DNA of 64,000 nt from an uncultured delta proteobacterium (GCA_903885795.1 CAISJV010000027.1:22943-86942); one strand, 5' to 3'. Counted from the stretch's first letter, positions 29,775-39,058 are shown. Notes: generated by a model not told the origin, from the sequence alone. Made by a program: numbers and translations.

Positions 29775-30812
29775 TCAATGTATGAACATACAATCGCCGT
29801 AGCTATAAAAACGGTAACCCAGAGCTATGGCTTGCCGGTAAGCTGATTCAATCTGCTCCTTTCCCCCGAATGCACAAGTCAGGAGGTAAAGAGAAGATTT
29901 CGGAAGATGGAAATTAGTCAGAAGGGCCTGTACCCGTTTGAATCGATACCTGGGATACACATACAATGATGTCCATCCCGATGCAGGTTTCAACAGCCCC
30001 TTGTCATCGGCAACTGTTTCAATTACCCGGGTGGCCGTCGTTCCGACGGCAACTACCCGTGAGGCGCTGTTGATTATTTCCGCGGATTCCTCTCCGATTT
30101 CGAAATATTCGGCCTCCATTTCATGGTCCTCGATCTCCGTCACGGTGAGGGGTAGAAATGTCCCATAGCCGACATGAAGCGTGACGGGAGCCACGCGGAT
30201 GCCCTTGTCCACAAGTTCAGCCAGGACGGCAGGAGAAAAGTGGAAACCTGCCGTAGGGGCCGCCACGGACCCTGGAACCCGGGCGTAAACAGTCTGGTAC
30301 CGGTCCAGGTCGTAAGCGGCGTCTTCTCCATCCTTTTCTCTCTTAATATAGGGAGGCAAGGGCGCCCGGCCATAGTTGCGCAGAAAGTCAGAAAAAGGGG
30401 CGGGGCAAAAAAAGCAGACCCGCCATTTTTTATCCGATAGCCGGTCCACGACGATACCTTCCGCATCGGGCGCAAAGTGAATCCTGGACCCGATTCGCAT
30501 CCGTTTCGCCGGTTTGAGGAGTACGTCCCAAGCCTCTTCCCCCCCTGAGTCCAGGCTTTTTGAAAGCAGGAGGATTTCGATCCGTCCTCCAGTGTCCTTA
30601 TTTCCTGTCAGCCGCGCTGGAATTACCTGGGAATCATTTATAACCACTACGTCCCCGGCCCTGAGATAGTGGGGAAATTCATAGAAGTGGTGATGGTGAT
30701 TTTGCCCGGTTCCCGTATCCACGACGAGCATTCGGGAGTGATCGCGTTTCTCCAGAGGGGACTGGGCGATCGATGCTGACGGCAGATCGTAAGCAAATTC
30801 CGACAGCTTCAT
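29775..30812 (-). CDS. queA: S-adenosylmethionine:tRNA ribosyltransferase-isomerase
   Basis: 345 aa. MKLSEFAYDLP...IAQ.P, VAAPTAGFHF, AVGTTATR. Confidence 0.95.
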   Translation of the reverse strand: MKLSEFAYDLPSASIAQSPLEKRDHSRMLVVDTGTGQNHHHHFYEFPHYLRAGDVVVINDSQVIPARLTGNKDTGGRIEILLLSKSLDSGGEEAWDVLLKPAKRMRIGSRIHFAPDAEGIVVDRLSDKKWRVCFFCPAPFSDFLRNYGRAPLPPYIKREKDGEDAAYDLDRYQTVYARVPGSVAAPTAGFHFSPAVLAELVDKGIRVAPVTLHVGYGTFLPLTVTEIEDHEMEAEYFEIGEESAEIINSASRVVAVGTTATRVIETVADDKGLLKPASGWTSLYVYPRYRFKRVQALLTNFHLPKSSLYLLTCAFGGKEQIESAYRQAIALGYRFYSYGDCMFIH

Positions 30813-30997
30813 TCTGTTCTTCCAAAATAGACGAGAACCAGCCCCGCAATAATGGCGGTCAATCCCATGATGCGCAGGGAGGAATCTGGTACCTCCGCCA
30901 TCTTGGCAAGATAAACCTTGAGTTTTTCCGGGAAAGCGAAGTAGGGAAGGCCTTCAATTATAAAGACCATGCCGATGACACAGAAAAAAAATTTCAT
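30809..30997 (-). CDS. DUF2065-like small membrane protein
   Basis: MKFFFCVIGMVFIIEGLPYFAFPEKLKVYLAKMAEVPDSSLRIMGLTAIIAGLVLVYFG. The stop overlaps the queA ATG (ATGA). Start is taken at the Met preceding the first TM helix. Confidence 0.6.
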   Translation of the reverse strand: MKFFFCVIGMVFIIEGLPYFAFPEKLKVYLAKMAEVPDSSLRIMGLTAIIAGLVLVYFGRTE

Positions 30998-31279
30998 AAA
31001 CCACTCCTCACGGAGGCCGTAGTAACACATTCGACTTTCCGTGACAATGACCAAGCATGATTTTTTACAAAATACTTGACACTGTCGACTGTTTCATATA
31101 CGTAGACCCGGTTTTTCAGGGTCATCGATATTTCTACCCCATGAGCTGCTACAGGGAACAACGGCGTTCCTTCCGACAACGAGAAAACCTCGTGATTTCT
31201 GCGAAGAGGCTTTGATAAGGTGGAAAGGTGTAATGTCATGAAACTGGATGATTCATCCAATAAATAGGAGGAGGTAGGT

Positions 31280-32959
31280 ATGGCAGAAGAAGAGAAAAAA
31301 CCAAGGTTGACAAGGGCTGAAAGACTCGAGAAAGATCGGGAAAAGAATATTCAGCACTGGTTGGAGCAGGACGAGCTCCTGTTCAAACACCGGAATGAGG
31401 CTCTCAACATCGGCGGGGACGACCAGGTAGCGCGGCTGGCCAAGCAAAACAAGAAGCCTATGCGTGATCTCATTTCACAGCTTATCGATCCGGGAACGGA
31501 TTTTTTTGAGGTGGGTCTGGATGCGGGCTACGACATCGGGGAAAAGCGCCTCTACGGCGGTGAGATCTATCAGTCAGAAAAACGCGGCAACATCCCCGGC
31601 GGCGGTATGGTTACTGGTATTGGCGTCGTACACGGCAAAGACTGCATGATTTTCGCCAATGAGAACCGCTATGCAGCAGGGACCTATTTCCCCATCACCC
31701 TGAAGAAGCACATGCGGGCTCAGGCTATAGCCGAGGCCTCACGGCTTCCCTGTATTTACATCGCCGATTCCGGCGGCATCAATCTGCCTCTTCAGGTCGG
31801 CTGTTTCGCTGACGAAGGTCATTTTGGCAGCATGTTCTACAACATGTGCCGCATGTCCGCCATGGGTATCAAGCAGTTTACCCTCTCCACGGGTGGCAAC
31901 ACGGCGGGCGGAGCCTATATTGTTTATCTGGCCACTGAATCGATCATGATCGAGAAGATGTCCTTTGCCTTCCTGGCCGGTCCCCCCATGGTCAAGTCGG
32001 CTATCGGCGAGACCGTTTCCCCCGAAGATCTGGGCGGCGCTTACGTCCATACCCAGCACTCCGGTGGTTGCGATCACATTGTCCGGACCCAGGACGAAGG
32101 TATTCAGAAAATTCGTGATATGATGGAGTTCGAGCCTTCCCAGCAGTTGTTCATTGATCGCCGCGAGACGAGAGAGCCGAAATTCGATTTCAAAGAGATG
32201 ATGCGCGCCACCCCCACGGACACGTATCAATACATCAACATCAAAGACACGATCAAGTGTCTTGCCGACGACAGTTATTTCCATGAGTACAAACCGACTT
32301 ACGGCCCCGGCCGCGGCGACTCCGTTGTTTGCGGCAAGATGTGGATGAAGGGCATCCCGGTCGGCGTCGTAGCCTCCAACGCCAGCGGTGTTATATATAT
32401 CGATGCGGCAAGGAAGGCGACCGAGTGGATGATCCGTTGCGGCAATTCCAATCTGCCCGTTCTGTTCCTCCAGGGTTCCCCCGGATACATGGTCGGTAAG
32501 GCGGAAGAGTGGGGCGGCATCGGCAAGTATGGATCAGACATGGTCAGGGCCTGCAGTTGCCTCATGTCTCCCAAAGTGACCTACGTTATCGGCCCCGACC
32601 ACGGTGCCGCCAACTACGGGATGAATGGCCGGGCATTCAAGCCAAGATTTGCTTTCACGAACATGCGGGGCCGTACGACCGTCATGTCCGGTGAAACGGC
32701 GGGTTTCATCGTGGAGACGGTGCGCCGGAAGAATATCGAAGCCAAGGGATTGCCGGTTAATGAAGATGAAATGACCCAGTTCCGTCAGATGATGAGAGAT
32801 CGTTATGACTCCGAAGGGCATCCCTTCTATACGGGATCCCTCCTGTTCCATGACGGTGTCGTCGCCTTCAGTGAAGCCCGTGACAAGATTGCCCGGGCCT
32901 TCGAAATCGCCCTGCGCGTTCCCGTTGCCCATTCCGACTGGGGCGACCTGAAGGTTTAG
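31280..32959 (+). CDS. biotin-dependent acyl-CoA carboxyltransferase subunit (MccB / GcdA / 12S-like)
   Basis: 559 aa with AGGAGGAGG upstream. GGGMVTGIGVVHGKDCMIFANE...TLKKHMRAQAIAEASRLPCIYIADSGGINLP is the Carboxyl_trans signature. Confidence 0.85.
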   Translation: MAEEEKKPRLTRAERLEKDREKNIQHWLEQDELLFKHRNEALNIGGDDQVARLAKQNKKPMRDLISQLIDPGTDFFEVGLDAGYDIGEKRLYGGEIYQSEKRGNIPGGGMVTGIGVVHGKDCMIFANENRYAAGTYFPITLKKHMRAQAIAEASRLPCIYIADSGGINLPLQVGCFADEGHFGSMFYNMCRMSAMGIKQFTLSTGGNTAGGAYIVYLATESIMIEKMSFAFLAGPPMVKSAIGETVSPEDLGGAYVHTQHSGGCDHIVRTQDEGIQKIRDMMEFEPSQQLFIDRRETREPKFDFKEMMRATPTDTYQYINIKDTIKCLADDSYFHEYKPTYGPGRGDSVVCGKMWMKGIPVGVVASNASGVIYIDAARKATEWMIRCGNSNLPVLFLQGSPGYMVGKAEEWGGIGKYGSDMVRACSCLMSPKVTYVIGPDHGAANYGMNGRAFKPRFAFTNMRGRTTVMSGETAGFIVETVRRKNIEAKGLPVNEDEMTQFRQMMRDRYDSEGHPFYTGSLLFHDGVVAFSEARDKIARAFEIALRVPVAHSDWGDLKV

Positions 32960-32988
32960 GATCGTTTCAACGACAGAGGAGGAAAATC

Positions 32989-33789
32989 ATGTCTGATGTT
33001 TTATTGAAGGAAAGGACCGAAGACGGCATCCTGATTCTTACCCTGAATCGTCCGGATGCCATGAACTGTTTCAATTTTGACCTCCTGGCAGTCTTGGCGG
33101 ACACAATCCGGGAAGCCAATTTCGATATGGATCTCCGTTGCATCATCATCACTGGTTGCAAAGCCGGTGATGAGCCCAAGAAGTGGTCATTTTCCACAGG
33201 GGCTGACCTGAAGGAGAGAAGGACACTAACGCAGGATCAGGTTCGCCGTTTCATCTTCACGATCCGCAACACCTTCACGGCGGTAGAGCAGGTGCGAGTA
33301 CCAGTTATCGCCGCCATCAACGGTTTTGCCTTCGGCGGCGGCACGGAACTGGCTTTGGCATGCGATATTCGCATTGCTTCGTCCAATGTCCTCATGGGGC
33401 TGACAGAGACCTCTCTGGCAATCATCCCTGGAGCCGGCGGTACGCAGCGCTTGCCGAGGATCATCGGTGTGGCCAAGGCCAAAGAGCTGATTTACACGGC
33501 CCGCCGGTTCAATGCCCAGACAGCCCTGGATATCGGTCTGGTCAGCAAGGTTGTCGATCCTGATAAACTCATGGAGGCAGCTCTCGAGTTAGCGAGGGAG
33601 ATTGCCAAAAATGGTCCCATCGGCGTGGCCCAGGCAAAGTTTGTTCTCAATTATGGTATGGAGGCAAGCCTTGGCGTTGCCCTGCCTTTGGAATCGAAGG
33701 CTTATGAAGTAACTATCCCGACGAAGGACCGCCTGGAAGCACTGGCTGCCTTTGTAGAAAAGCGGAAACCTGTTTTCAAGGGTGAGTAG
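32989..33789 (+). CDS. enoyl-CoA hydratase/isomerase (crotonase) family, methylglutaconyl-CoA-hydratase-like
   Basis: 266 aa. LNRPDAMNCF, VIAAINGFAFGGGTELALACDIRIAS and GLTETSLAIIPGAGGTQRLPR. Confidence 0.85.
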   Translation: MSDVLLKERTEDGILILTLNRPDAMNCFNFDLLAVLADTIREANFDMDLRCIIITGCKAGDEPKKWSFSTGADLKERRTLTQDQVRRFIFTIRNTFTAVEQVRVPVIAAINGFAFGGGTELALACDIRIASSNVLMGLTETSLAIIPGAGGTQRLPRIIGVAKAKELIYTARRFNAQTALDIGLVSKVVDPDKLMEAALELAREIAKNGPIGVAQAKFVLNYGMEASLGVALPLESKAYEVTIPTKDRLEALAAFVEKRKPVFKGE

Positions 33790-33886
33790 TTGACGGATTA
33801 ACCATTTCCCCTTCTCCATCCTGCCGCCGGAGGAGGGGAATTTAATCTTAACAAAGCACAAAATATAACTAAGGAGGATGTTTTTT

Positions 33887-35077
33887 ATGGCGACAGAGTA
33901 TGATTATTGGAAGATTTTCCCGAGAATGCCAAAGAAGGTAACACTTGGCGACATTACGATCCGCGATGGTTTTCAGCATTGTGAGAAGTTTGTCTCCACG
34001 GCCGCCAAGATTTTTTACGGCCAGGAAATGATTCTTGCTGGTGCAAAGGAGATTGAGATTACCAATCTTGGGAGCGCTGTTACGACGCCCCAGTTCAGTG
34101 ATGCGGAAGAGGTTCTGACGGCCATGCGCAGTGATTCATTCAAGAAGACCTGCGCCCGCGCCGGAATCAACTACGATGAATTAAGCATGACGGCGGTCAG
34201 TATCCGCGAAACCGCTGTGGACCGGGCTATCGAATTAAAGAAGAAAGGGATCGGTCCCGACCGCATCCTCATGATGGTCTCCACGGATCCAGAGCATCAT
34301 TTTGCCAATTCCGGTACGACATTGTCTCAGTATTGGCGGGAGGCGGAGCGTTGCATCAAGAAGGCGCGCGATGCGGGTCTGAAGATGTGCGGCACCGTCA
34401 GCACCATTTGGGGGAGCCCCATCAGCGGCGCCACGGAATTGAAAGACGCCGTGGAATTCACGAAACGCTGGTTCCAGATCGGCGCCCATGATATCGAGCA
34501 TGCCGACCATGACGGTTCTGCCAATGCGGCGGATGTTTACCGTTATTGCTCCATGATCCTAGACGCCATGCCGAATCCGGAAGGCCACCTGCTCCACCTC
34601 CATGAGACGAAGAGAATTGCTTCTTCGTCTATCCTGGCGGCTCTCCAGGCCGGTTTCACGCGGTTTGAGGGGACTCTGGGCGGCCTGGGCGGGCAGCCGG
34701 CCAACTTCCTTGACGATTGCCCCATCCGGGGTACCGGCGAGTACTACTATGATGATCCCCGTTTCGTCGGCCTGATCACCTTTGAAGATCTCCTGGTCCA
34801 GATCGATGAATTGGGCATTGAACATGGTTTTAACGTAGACCGCGTCCTGTGGCTGGGCAAAAAGATGGAGAAGACCTTGAACATGAGACTCCGTTCGGAA
34901 GCCATTTACAATGGCCGGACGCAGAAGGCGGGGCACATGGAATTTGCCCGTCCCGGTCTGAAGAAACTGATCGACAAAGTCGGTGAAAAGGTCGGTCAGC
35001 GGGTTCCGGCGGAATGGTCAGCCAAGGCTATTGTCCCCAAAAAATGGGGTCCTGCGGATCCTATCTGGAAGAAATAG
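33887..35077 (+). CDS. DRE-TIM metallolyase (HMGL-like) family protein, divergent
   Basis: DITIRDGFQH (compare RDGLQN in HMG-CoA lyase), HLHET (HxH metal site), and GLGGQPA where HMG-CoA lyases have GLGGCPYA. About 100 aa longer than typical lyases. Start is at the second ATG, 9 nt after AAGGAGG. Confidence 0.7.
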   Translation: MATEYDYWKIFPRMPKKVTLGDITIRDGFQHCEKFVSTAAKIFYGQEMILAGAKEIEITNLGSAVTTPQFSDAEEVLTAMRSDSFKKTCARAGINYDELSMTAVSIRETAVDRAIELKKKGIGPDRILMMVSTDPEHHFANSGTTLSQYWREAERCIKKARDAGLKMCGTVSTIWGSPISGATELKDAVEFTKRWFQIGAHDIEHADHDGSANAADVYRYCSMILDAMPNPEGHLLHLHETKRIASSSILAALQAGFTRFEGTLGGLGGQPANFLDDCPIRGTGEYYYDDPRFVGLITFEDLLVQIDELGIEHGFNVDRVLWLGKKMEKTLNMRLRSEAIYNGRTQKAGHMEFARPGLKKLIDKVGEKVGQRVPAEWSAKAIVPKKWGPADPIWKK

Positions 35078-35096
35078 TTTTAGGATGAAAGAAACT

Positions 35097-35127
35097 AATC
35101 AGGGGGAGCTTGTTTGCTCCCCCTGAT
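35097..35127 (+). other. strong intra-operon stem-loop between the HMGL-like and biotin-carrier genes
   Basis: atcagggggagc-ttgttt-gctccccctgat, a 12-bp perfect stem. It is followed only by a short cttt. Confidence 0.6.
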
Positions 35128-35201
35128 CTTTAAAATGTTTTGTCATGGCGCGGCGACAAGCCACGCTTAAGTTTTTAAATAATTTCAAGGAGGTTTATCA
35201 A

Positions 35202-35417
35202 ATGGCAATAGAAGTCGTAGCCCCTATGCCCGGAACGATTGCTGAGATTCTGGTTTCGGTTGGTGACGAAGTGCAGGCTGATGAAGAACTTATTATTCTT
35301 GAGGCCATGAAAATGGAAAACCCCATTGTTGCCCCGAAAGGCGGCAAAGTGGCGGAGATCAAAGTAGCCGAGAAGGACAAGGTTGATACCAATCAGGTGC
35401 TCCTCGTCCTCGAATAA
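35202..35417 (+). CDS. biotin carboxyl carrier / biotinyl domain protein (71 aa)
   Basis: AAGGAGG upstream. MAIEVVAPMPGTIAEILV...LIILEAMKMENPIVAPKGG carries the EAMKM biotinylation motif. Start is trimmed from the track ORF at 35145. Confidence 0.85.
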   Translation: MAIEVVAPMPGTIAEILVSVGDEVQADEELIILEAMKMENPIVAPKGGKVAEIKVAEKDKVDTNQVLLVLE

Positions 35418-35443
35418 ACGCCTAAAGTTTCGATAAGAAAGAG

Positions 35444-35491
35444 ACGCCGAATCAGTGGACCCTGTGGGGCCTAACTGATTCGGCGTTTTTA
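35444..35491. terminator. intrinsic terminator between convergent operons
   Basis: acgccgaatcagt (35444-35456) pairs with actgattcggcgt (35474-35486), followed by ttttt on the plus strand. It sits 27 nt after the biotin-carrier stop and just beyond the end of the minus-strand CMD gene. Confidence 0.8.
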
Positions 35492-35497
35492 TTCATA

Positions 35498-35890
35498 CTA
35501 TTTGACGGGCCATTCCCCCCGTTCCTTGAGAACCTCACGGTATACTTCGAGTGCCTCGTTGACGGCAGGCATACCGGCATAAGTTGCCACCTGGAAAAAA
35601 ATCTCTGCCAACTTTTTAGGATCGCAACCTACATTGAGCGCCGCATTCACGTGGAGCTTCAGCTCTCCCGTTGCCCTCAGAGCTGCTAACATGGCGCAGG
35701 CGGCCATCTGCCTTTCCGGGAGGGTTAATACTGTTCGCGAATAAAGATTGCCCGTAATGAATTTAGAGAATTCATTGGCCAGATCCTTGTCGAATTCCCG
35801 CCACATAAGATAGGGGGGATCCATCTTGACGCCCTTGCCAAAAAGGGTTTTTGCTGTTTCCTGGGTTCTTTTTACAATTTCATCTGACAT
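35498..35890 (-). CDS. carboxymuconolactone decarboxylase (CMD/AhpD-like) family protein
   Basis: 130 aa. LPERQMAACAMLAALRATGELKLHVNAALNVGCDPKKLAEIFFQVATYAGMPA is the typical CMD-family core. Confidence 0.75.
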   Translation of the reverse strand: MSDEIVKRTQETAKTLFGKGVKMDPPYLMWREFDKDLANEFSKFITGNLYSRTVLTLPERQMAACAMLAALRATGELKLHVNAALNVGCDPKKLAEIFFQVATYAGMPAVNEALEVYREVLKERGEWPVK

Positions 35891-35923
35891 AATAAAAGTA
35901 CTCCTCTCTCATTTATTGTTTGT

Positions 35924-37234
35924 CTATTTATTGATGAAGATGTCCCGGTCCCGATCCTGGAAGTAGAGGTGACGATATTTACCCTTCTGCATACTGTCAA
36001 AAAAGGCTTCCCCCTCCTCTCTGCAGACAGGGCAGCTCTGACCGGGAATGATTACGGCGTGGATTCGCGTCCCCGTGTCGGCAAAGGAATCGATCATGAC
36101 CAGACCGCCGCAATCGTCACAGACCCGGACCGTTTCTTCCTGCTGTTCAGAGATGCCGTCCGTATCATAGTAAATTTGTTTCTTCCGTTTGATATATTTA
36201 TTCGTTCCCACAAGCGATTTTTTCATGTCCCGGCGCTTTTTCCAGAGCATCATGACTTCCGAGGAGGTCCGTTCTATGTACTGGGTGATCTGCTCGGATT
36301 GTCTGAGCGCCTCTGCATTATAATCCGGCTCCCGGACGGCGCTGTAGTCCAGACCTGCCATGGCCAGAATGATGCCTACATTTACGTAGGGCAGGGCCTT
36401 TTCGATGGAATAGCCCCCTTCGAGGACGGCGATGTCCGGTGCCAGGCGCTCATTCAGTCGGGCATAACCCTGGGCGCTGAAACGCATATTGGTGATCGGA
36501 TCCGTATAATGATTGTCCTGCCCGGCGGAGTTGATGACGATATCCGGCTTGAACTCGGCAAGGATCGGCATGATAACGTTTTCGAGGACATAGAGAAATC
36601 CCTCGTCCGAGGTCCGGGGCGGCAGTGGCACATTGATCGTTGTCCCCAGGGCGTTAGGCCCTCCGAATTCGTCGGTGGACCCCGTGCCCGGGTACAGGGT
36701 CCGGCCGTCCTGGTGGATGGAGATACATAGGGTGTTGGGATCGTGCCAGTAAATCTCCTGGGTGCCGTCGCCGTGATGGCAATCCGTATCGACAATGGCG
36801 ATCCGCTTGGGGCCGTAATGTTTCCGTATATATTCCACCATGATGGCTTCGATGTTGACGTTACAAAAGCCACGGGCGCCGTGGACGACCTTCATGGCAT
36901 GATGTCCCGGCGGTCTGACTAGGGCAAAGGCGTTGTCCACTTCCTTGGTCATGACCTTTTGGGCTGCTGTGATGGCGCCCCCCGCCGAGATGAGATGGGA
37001 TTCCGTAATGACGCTGCTTGCCTGGGGTACGCAGATGTGGATACGGTTAATGTCCTCCACTGTTGCCAGCCCGGGTTTGTATTCGATGATGTTCTCAAAA
37101 TCGAGAAGCCCCTCTTCAAAAACCTGATCCTGGGTATAGAGAAGCCTCTCCTCCCGTTCCGGATGGGTCGGAGAGATGGCCCAATCGAAGGCGGGGAAAA
37201 AGATCAGACCCGTTTTGCGCTCCTTTTTACTCAT
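35924..37234 (-). CDS. histone deacetylase / acetylpolyamine amidohydrolase family protein with a C-terminal zinc ribbon
   Basis: 436 aa. VRPPGHHA, DTDCHHGDGTQ and EGGY motifs. C-terminal CDDCGG...CPVCREEG. The ATG overlaps the upstream stop (ATGA). Confidence 0.85.
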   Translation of the reverse strand: MSKKERKTGLIFFPAFDWAISPTHPEREERLLYTQDQVFEEGLLDFENIIEYKPGLATVEDINRIHICVPQASSVITESHLISAGGAITAAQKVMTKEVDNAFALVRPPGHHAMKVVHGARGFCNVNIEAIMVEYIRKHYGPKRIAIVDTDCHHGDGTQEIYWHDPNTLCISIHQDGRTLYPGTGSTDEFGGPNALGTTINVPLPPRTSDEGFLYVLENVIMPILAEFKPDIVINSAGQDNHYTDPITNMRFSAQGYARLNERLAPDIAVLEGGYSIEKALPYVNVGIILAMAGLDYSAVREPDYNAEALRQSEQITQYIERTSSEVMMLWKKRRDMKKSLVGTNKYIKRKKQIYYDTDGISEQQEETVRVCDDCGGLVMIDSFADTGTRIHAVIIPGQSCPVCREEGEAFFDSMQKGKYRHLYFQDRDRDIFINK

Positions 37235-38904
37235 AACATCTTACCCCTCGTGAACCCTGAAATCAGCCCCGGTTTGATTTGAACCTTAACCCGAATATTT
37301 TTTCCCGCCGTATATGAATCCCGGATCATATTGAATTCCTGATTCTCAATGACTTCGATTTCGAGGTCTTCATCTTTTGCACCCATGGCCAGGGCCTTTT
37401 CACGAAGCCTTTCCCTGCCGACGGCAATGGCCTCTTCAGATGTGAATCGTGAGGGGATCGGTATTTGCAGCCCTTCCTCGCCAATGGTCAACAAACGTCT
37501 TTCCGTATCGGCAAGTATTGTCAATTCCGCCGTGGTTCTGGCCAGGGCCGCTCCTATGGCGTTGGCCACTTCCGAATGCTCAGGGATGAAGGGTGTACAG
37601 GCCAGATAGCCCCCCAGGGGACCTGCCATAGCCGCTGCCGGCCCGCCCACCACATATAGGGCCTTGGGGGAGATCTTTCTCCCTTCCAGCATTTCGTGAA
37701 TCGTATATACGGGCTGATTATTTATTTCTTCGGTGAATGAAAGCACCGCAGCAACAATCTTCCTGCAGGCTTCCTCAAAAATCTGCTGCGCCGTTTCCTT
37801 AACGGACCTGCCCAATAGACGGGCAATGGGTTCCAGAGCGATTACGGCCTTGTCCCGCTCGCCGATAGTTGTCATATTCAAAACGATCATAGCGTCGGTC
37901 GGAGTGGGGAAAGGTCCTCCCAAGGCGGCCGCCGGACCTTCCCGCTGGGGACCGATCATAAGTTTCCCATTTTCACAACGGACAATGCTGTCTCCGCCGA
38001 GGCCTATAGATCTTGTCCTCAGTCCCCGGATCAAGGTTTTATGGCCTTCAATAGTAACACCCAGATTCTCTAGGAGCGGAACTCCATCGGCAAAAATGGC
38101 GATATCCGTGGTTGTGCCGCCGATGTCCAGGGCGATAGCGTCCTCGTTGCATTTGACCATACTGAGAACACCCATGATGCTTGCCGCCGGTCCGGAAAGG
38201 ATAGTCTGGGCCGGGTAGTCGGCCGACTTGGCAACTTCGAAGGTTCCCCCGTCGGCTTTCAATATATAGATGGGGACGTTGATTCCCTGCTGCTTGACGA
38301 ATTGAAGAACGTCTTGGACGAAGCGTTGGTAGAGGTCCCAGATGGCGCTGTTAAGATAGGTAGTTGCAATCCGCCGCCGAAAATTGAGATGCCCGGACAT
38401 GCGATGACCAAGGGATGCATGGTAGAAATGGTTGCTCAGAATCTCGGCAATCTTCAGCTCCTGTTCGGGATTGCGGGTGCAAAACTTACCTACAATGCCA
38501 ATATGATCAATGCCTTCCTGTCTCAGTTTGGCGCCGACGTCCTTAATCTCTTCCGTATTGATATCGGCGGCGATAATACCGCGGTGATTCACATAGCCTT
38601 CAATGAAGTGGGCATTATGAGGAACAGGGAGCAGGGAGGGTGGCAAACCGGGACCGCTGGCAATAATCATCCCCACTCTCTTAATCTTGTTCTGAACAAT
38701 AGCGTTGGTAGAAAGGGTGGTACTGAGAACCACCCGCTGGAGTTTGGCCGGATCTTCTGCTGCAAGGATTGTGGTTGTAACCTGGAGCAGTGAATTCAAT
38801 AAATGGTGAGCATCCGTGGGAACCTTGGCCTTCTTCCTGATTTTGAAATGATCGATAAGAACCGCATCCGTATGCGTCCCGCCAACATCAATCCCTAAGA
38901 TCAT
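37231..38904 (-). CDS. hydantoinase/oxoprolinase-family (ASKHA-fold) protein
   Basis: MILGIDVGGTHTDAVLI N-terminus and a second phosphate loop, ALDIGGTTTDIA. Start is at the ATG at 38904, preceded by GGAGGA. The track ORF adds 38 unsupported codons. Confidence 0.8.
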   Translation of the reverse strand: MILGIDVGGTHTDAVLIDHFKIRKKAKVPTDAHHLLNSLLQVTTTILAAEDPAKLQRVVLSTTLSTNAIVQNKIKRVGMIIASGPGLPPSLLPVPHNAHFIEGYVNHRGIIAADINTEEIKDVGAKLRQEGIDHIGIVGKFCTRNPEQELKIAEILSNHFYHASLGHRMSGHLNFRRRIATTYLNSAIWDLYQRFVQDVLQFVKQQGINVPIYILKADGGTFEVAKSADYPAQTILSGPAASIMGVLSMVKCNEDAIALDIGGTTTDIAIFADGVPLLENLGVTIEGHKTLIRGLRTRSIGLGGDSIVRCENGKLMIGPQREGPAAALGGPFPTPTDAMIVLNMTTIGERDKAVIALEPIARLLGRSVKETAQQIFEEACRKIVAAVLSFTEEINNQPVYTIHEMLEGRKISPKALYVVGGPAAAMAGPLGGYLACTPFIPEHSEVANAIGAALARTTAELTILADTERRLLTIGEEGLQIPIPSRFTSEEAIAVGRERLREKALAMGAKDEDLEIEVIENQEFNMIRDSYTAGKNIRVKVQIKPGLISGFTRGKML

Positions 38905-39058
38905 TGTTCCTCCAGCCAAGAAAATCAATATCTGCATTGCCCTATATAATGATAAATTTATCTTGACAAGGTAAAAAAAAAGCGTATGGTCTCCTTCACT
39001 AAAGGTGATTAGTATCATCCCAAGGTAATGAAATTATTGGAAAGGAGGTGACGCTTTA

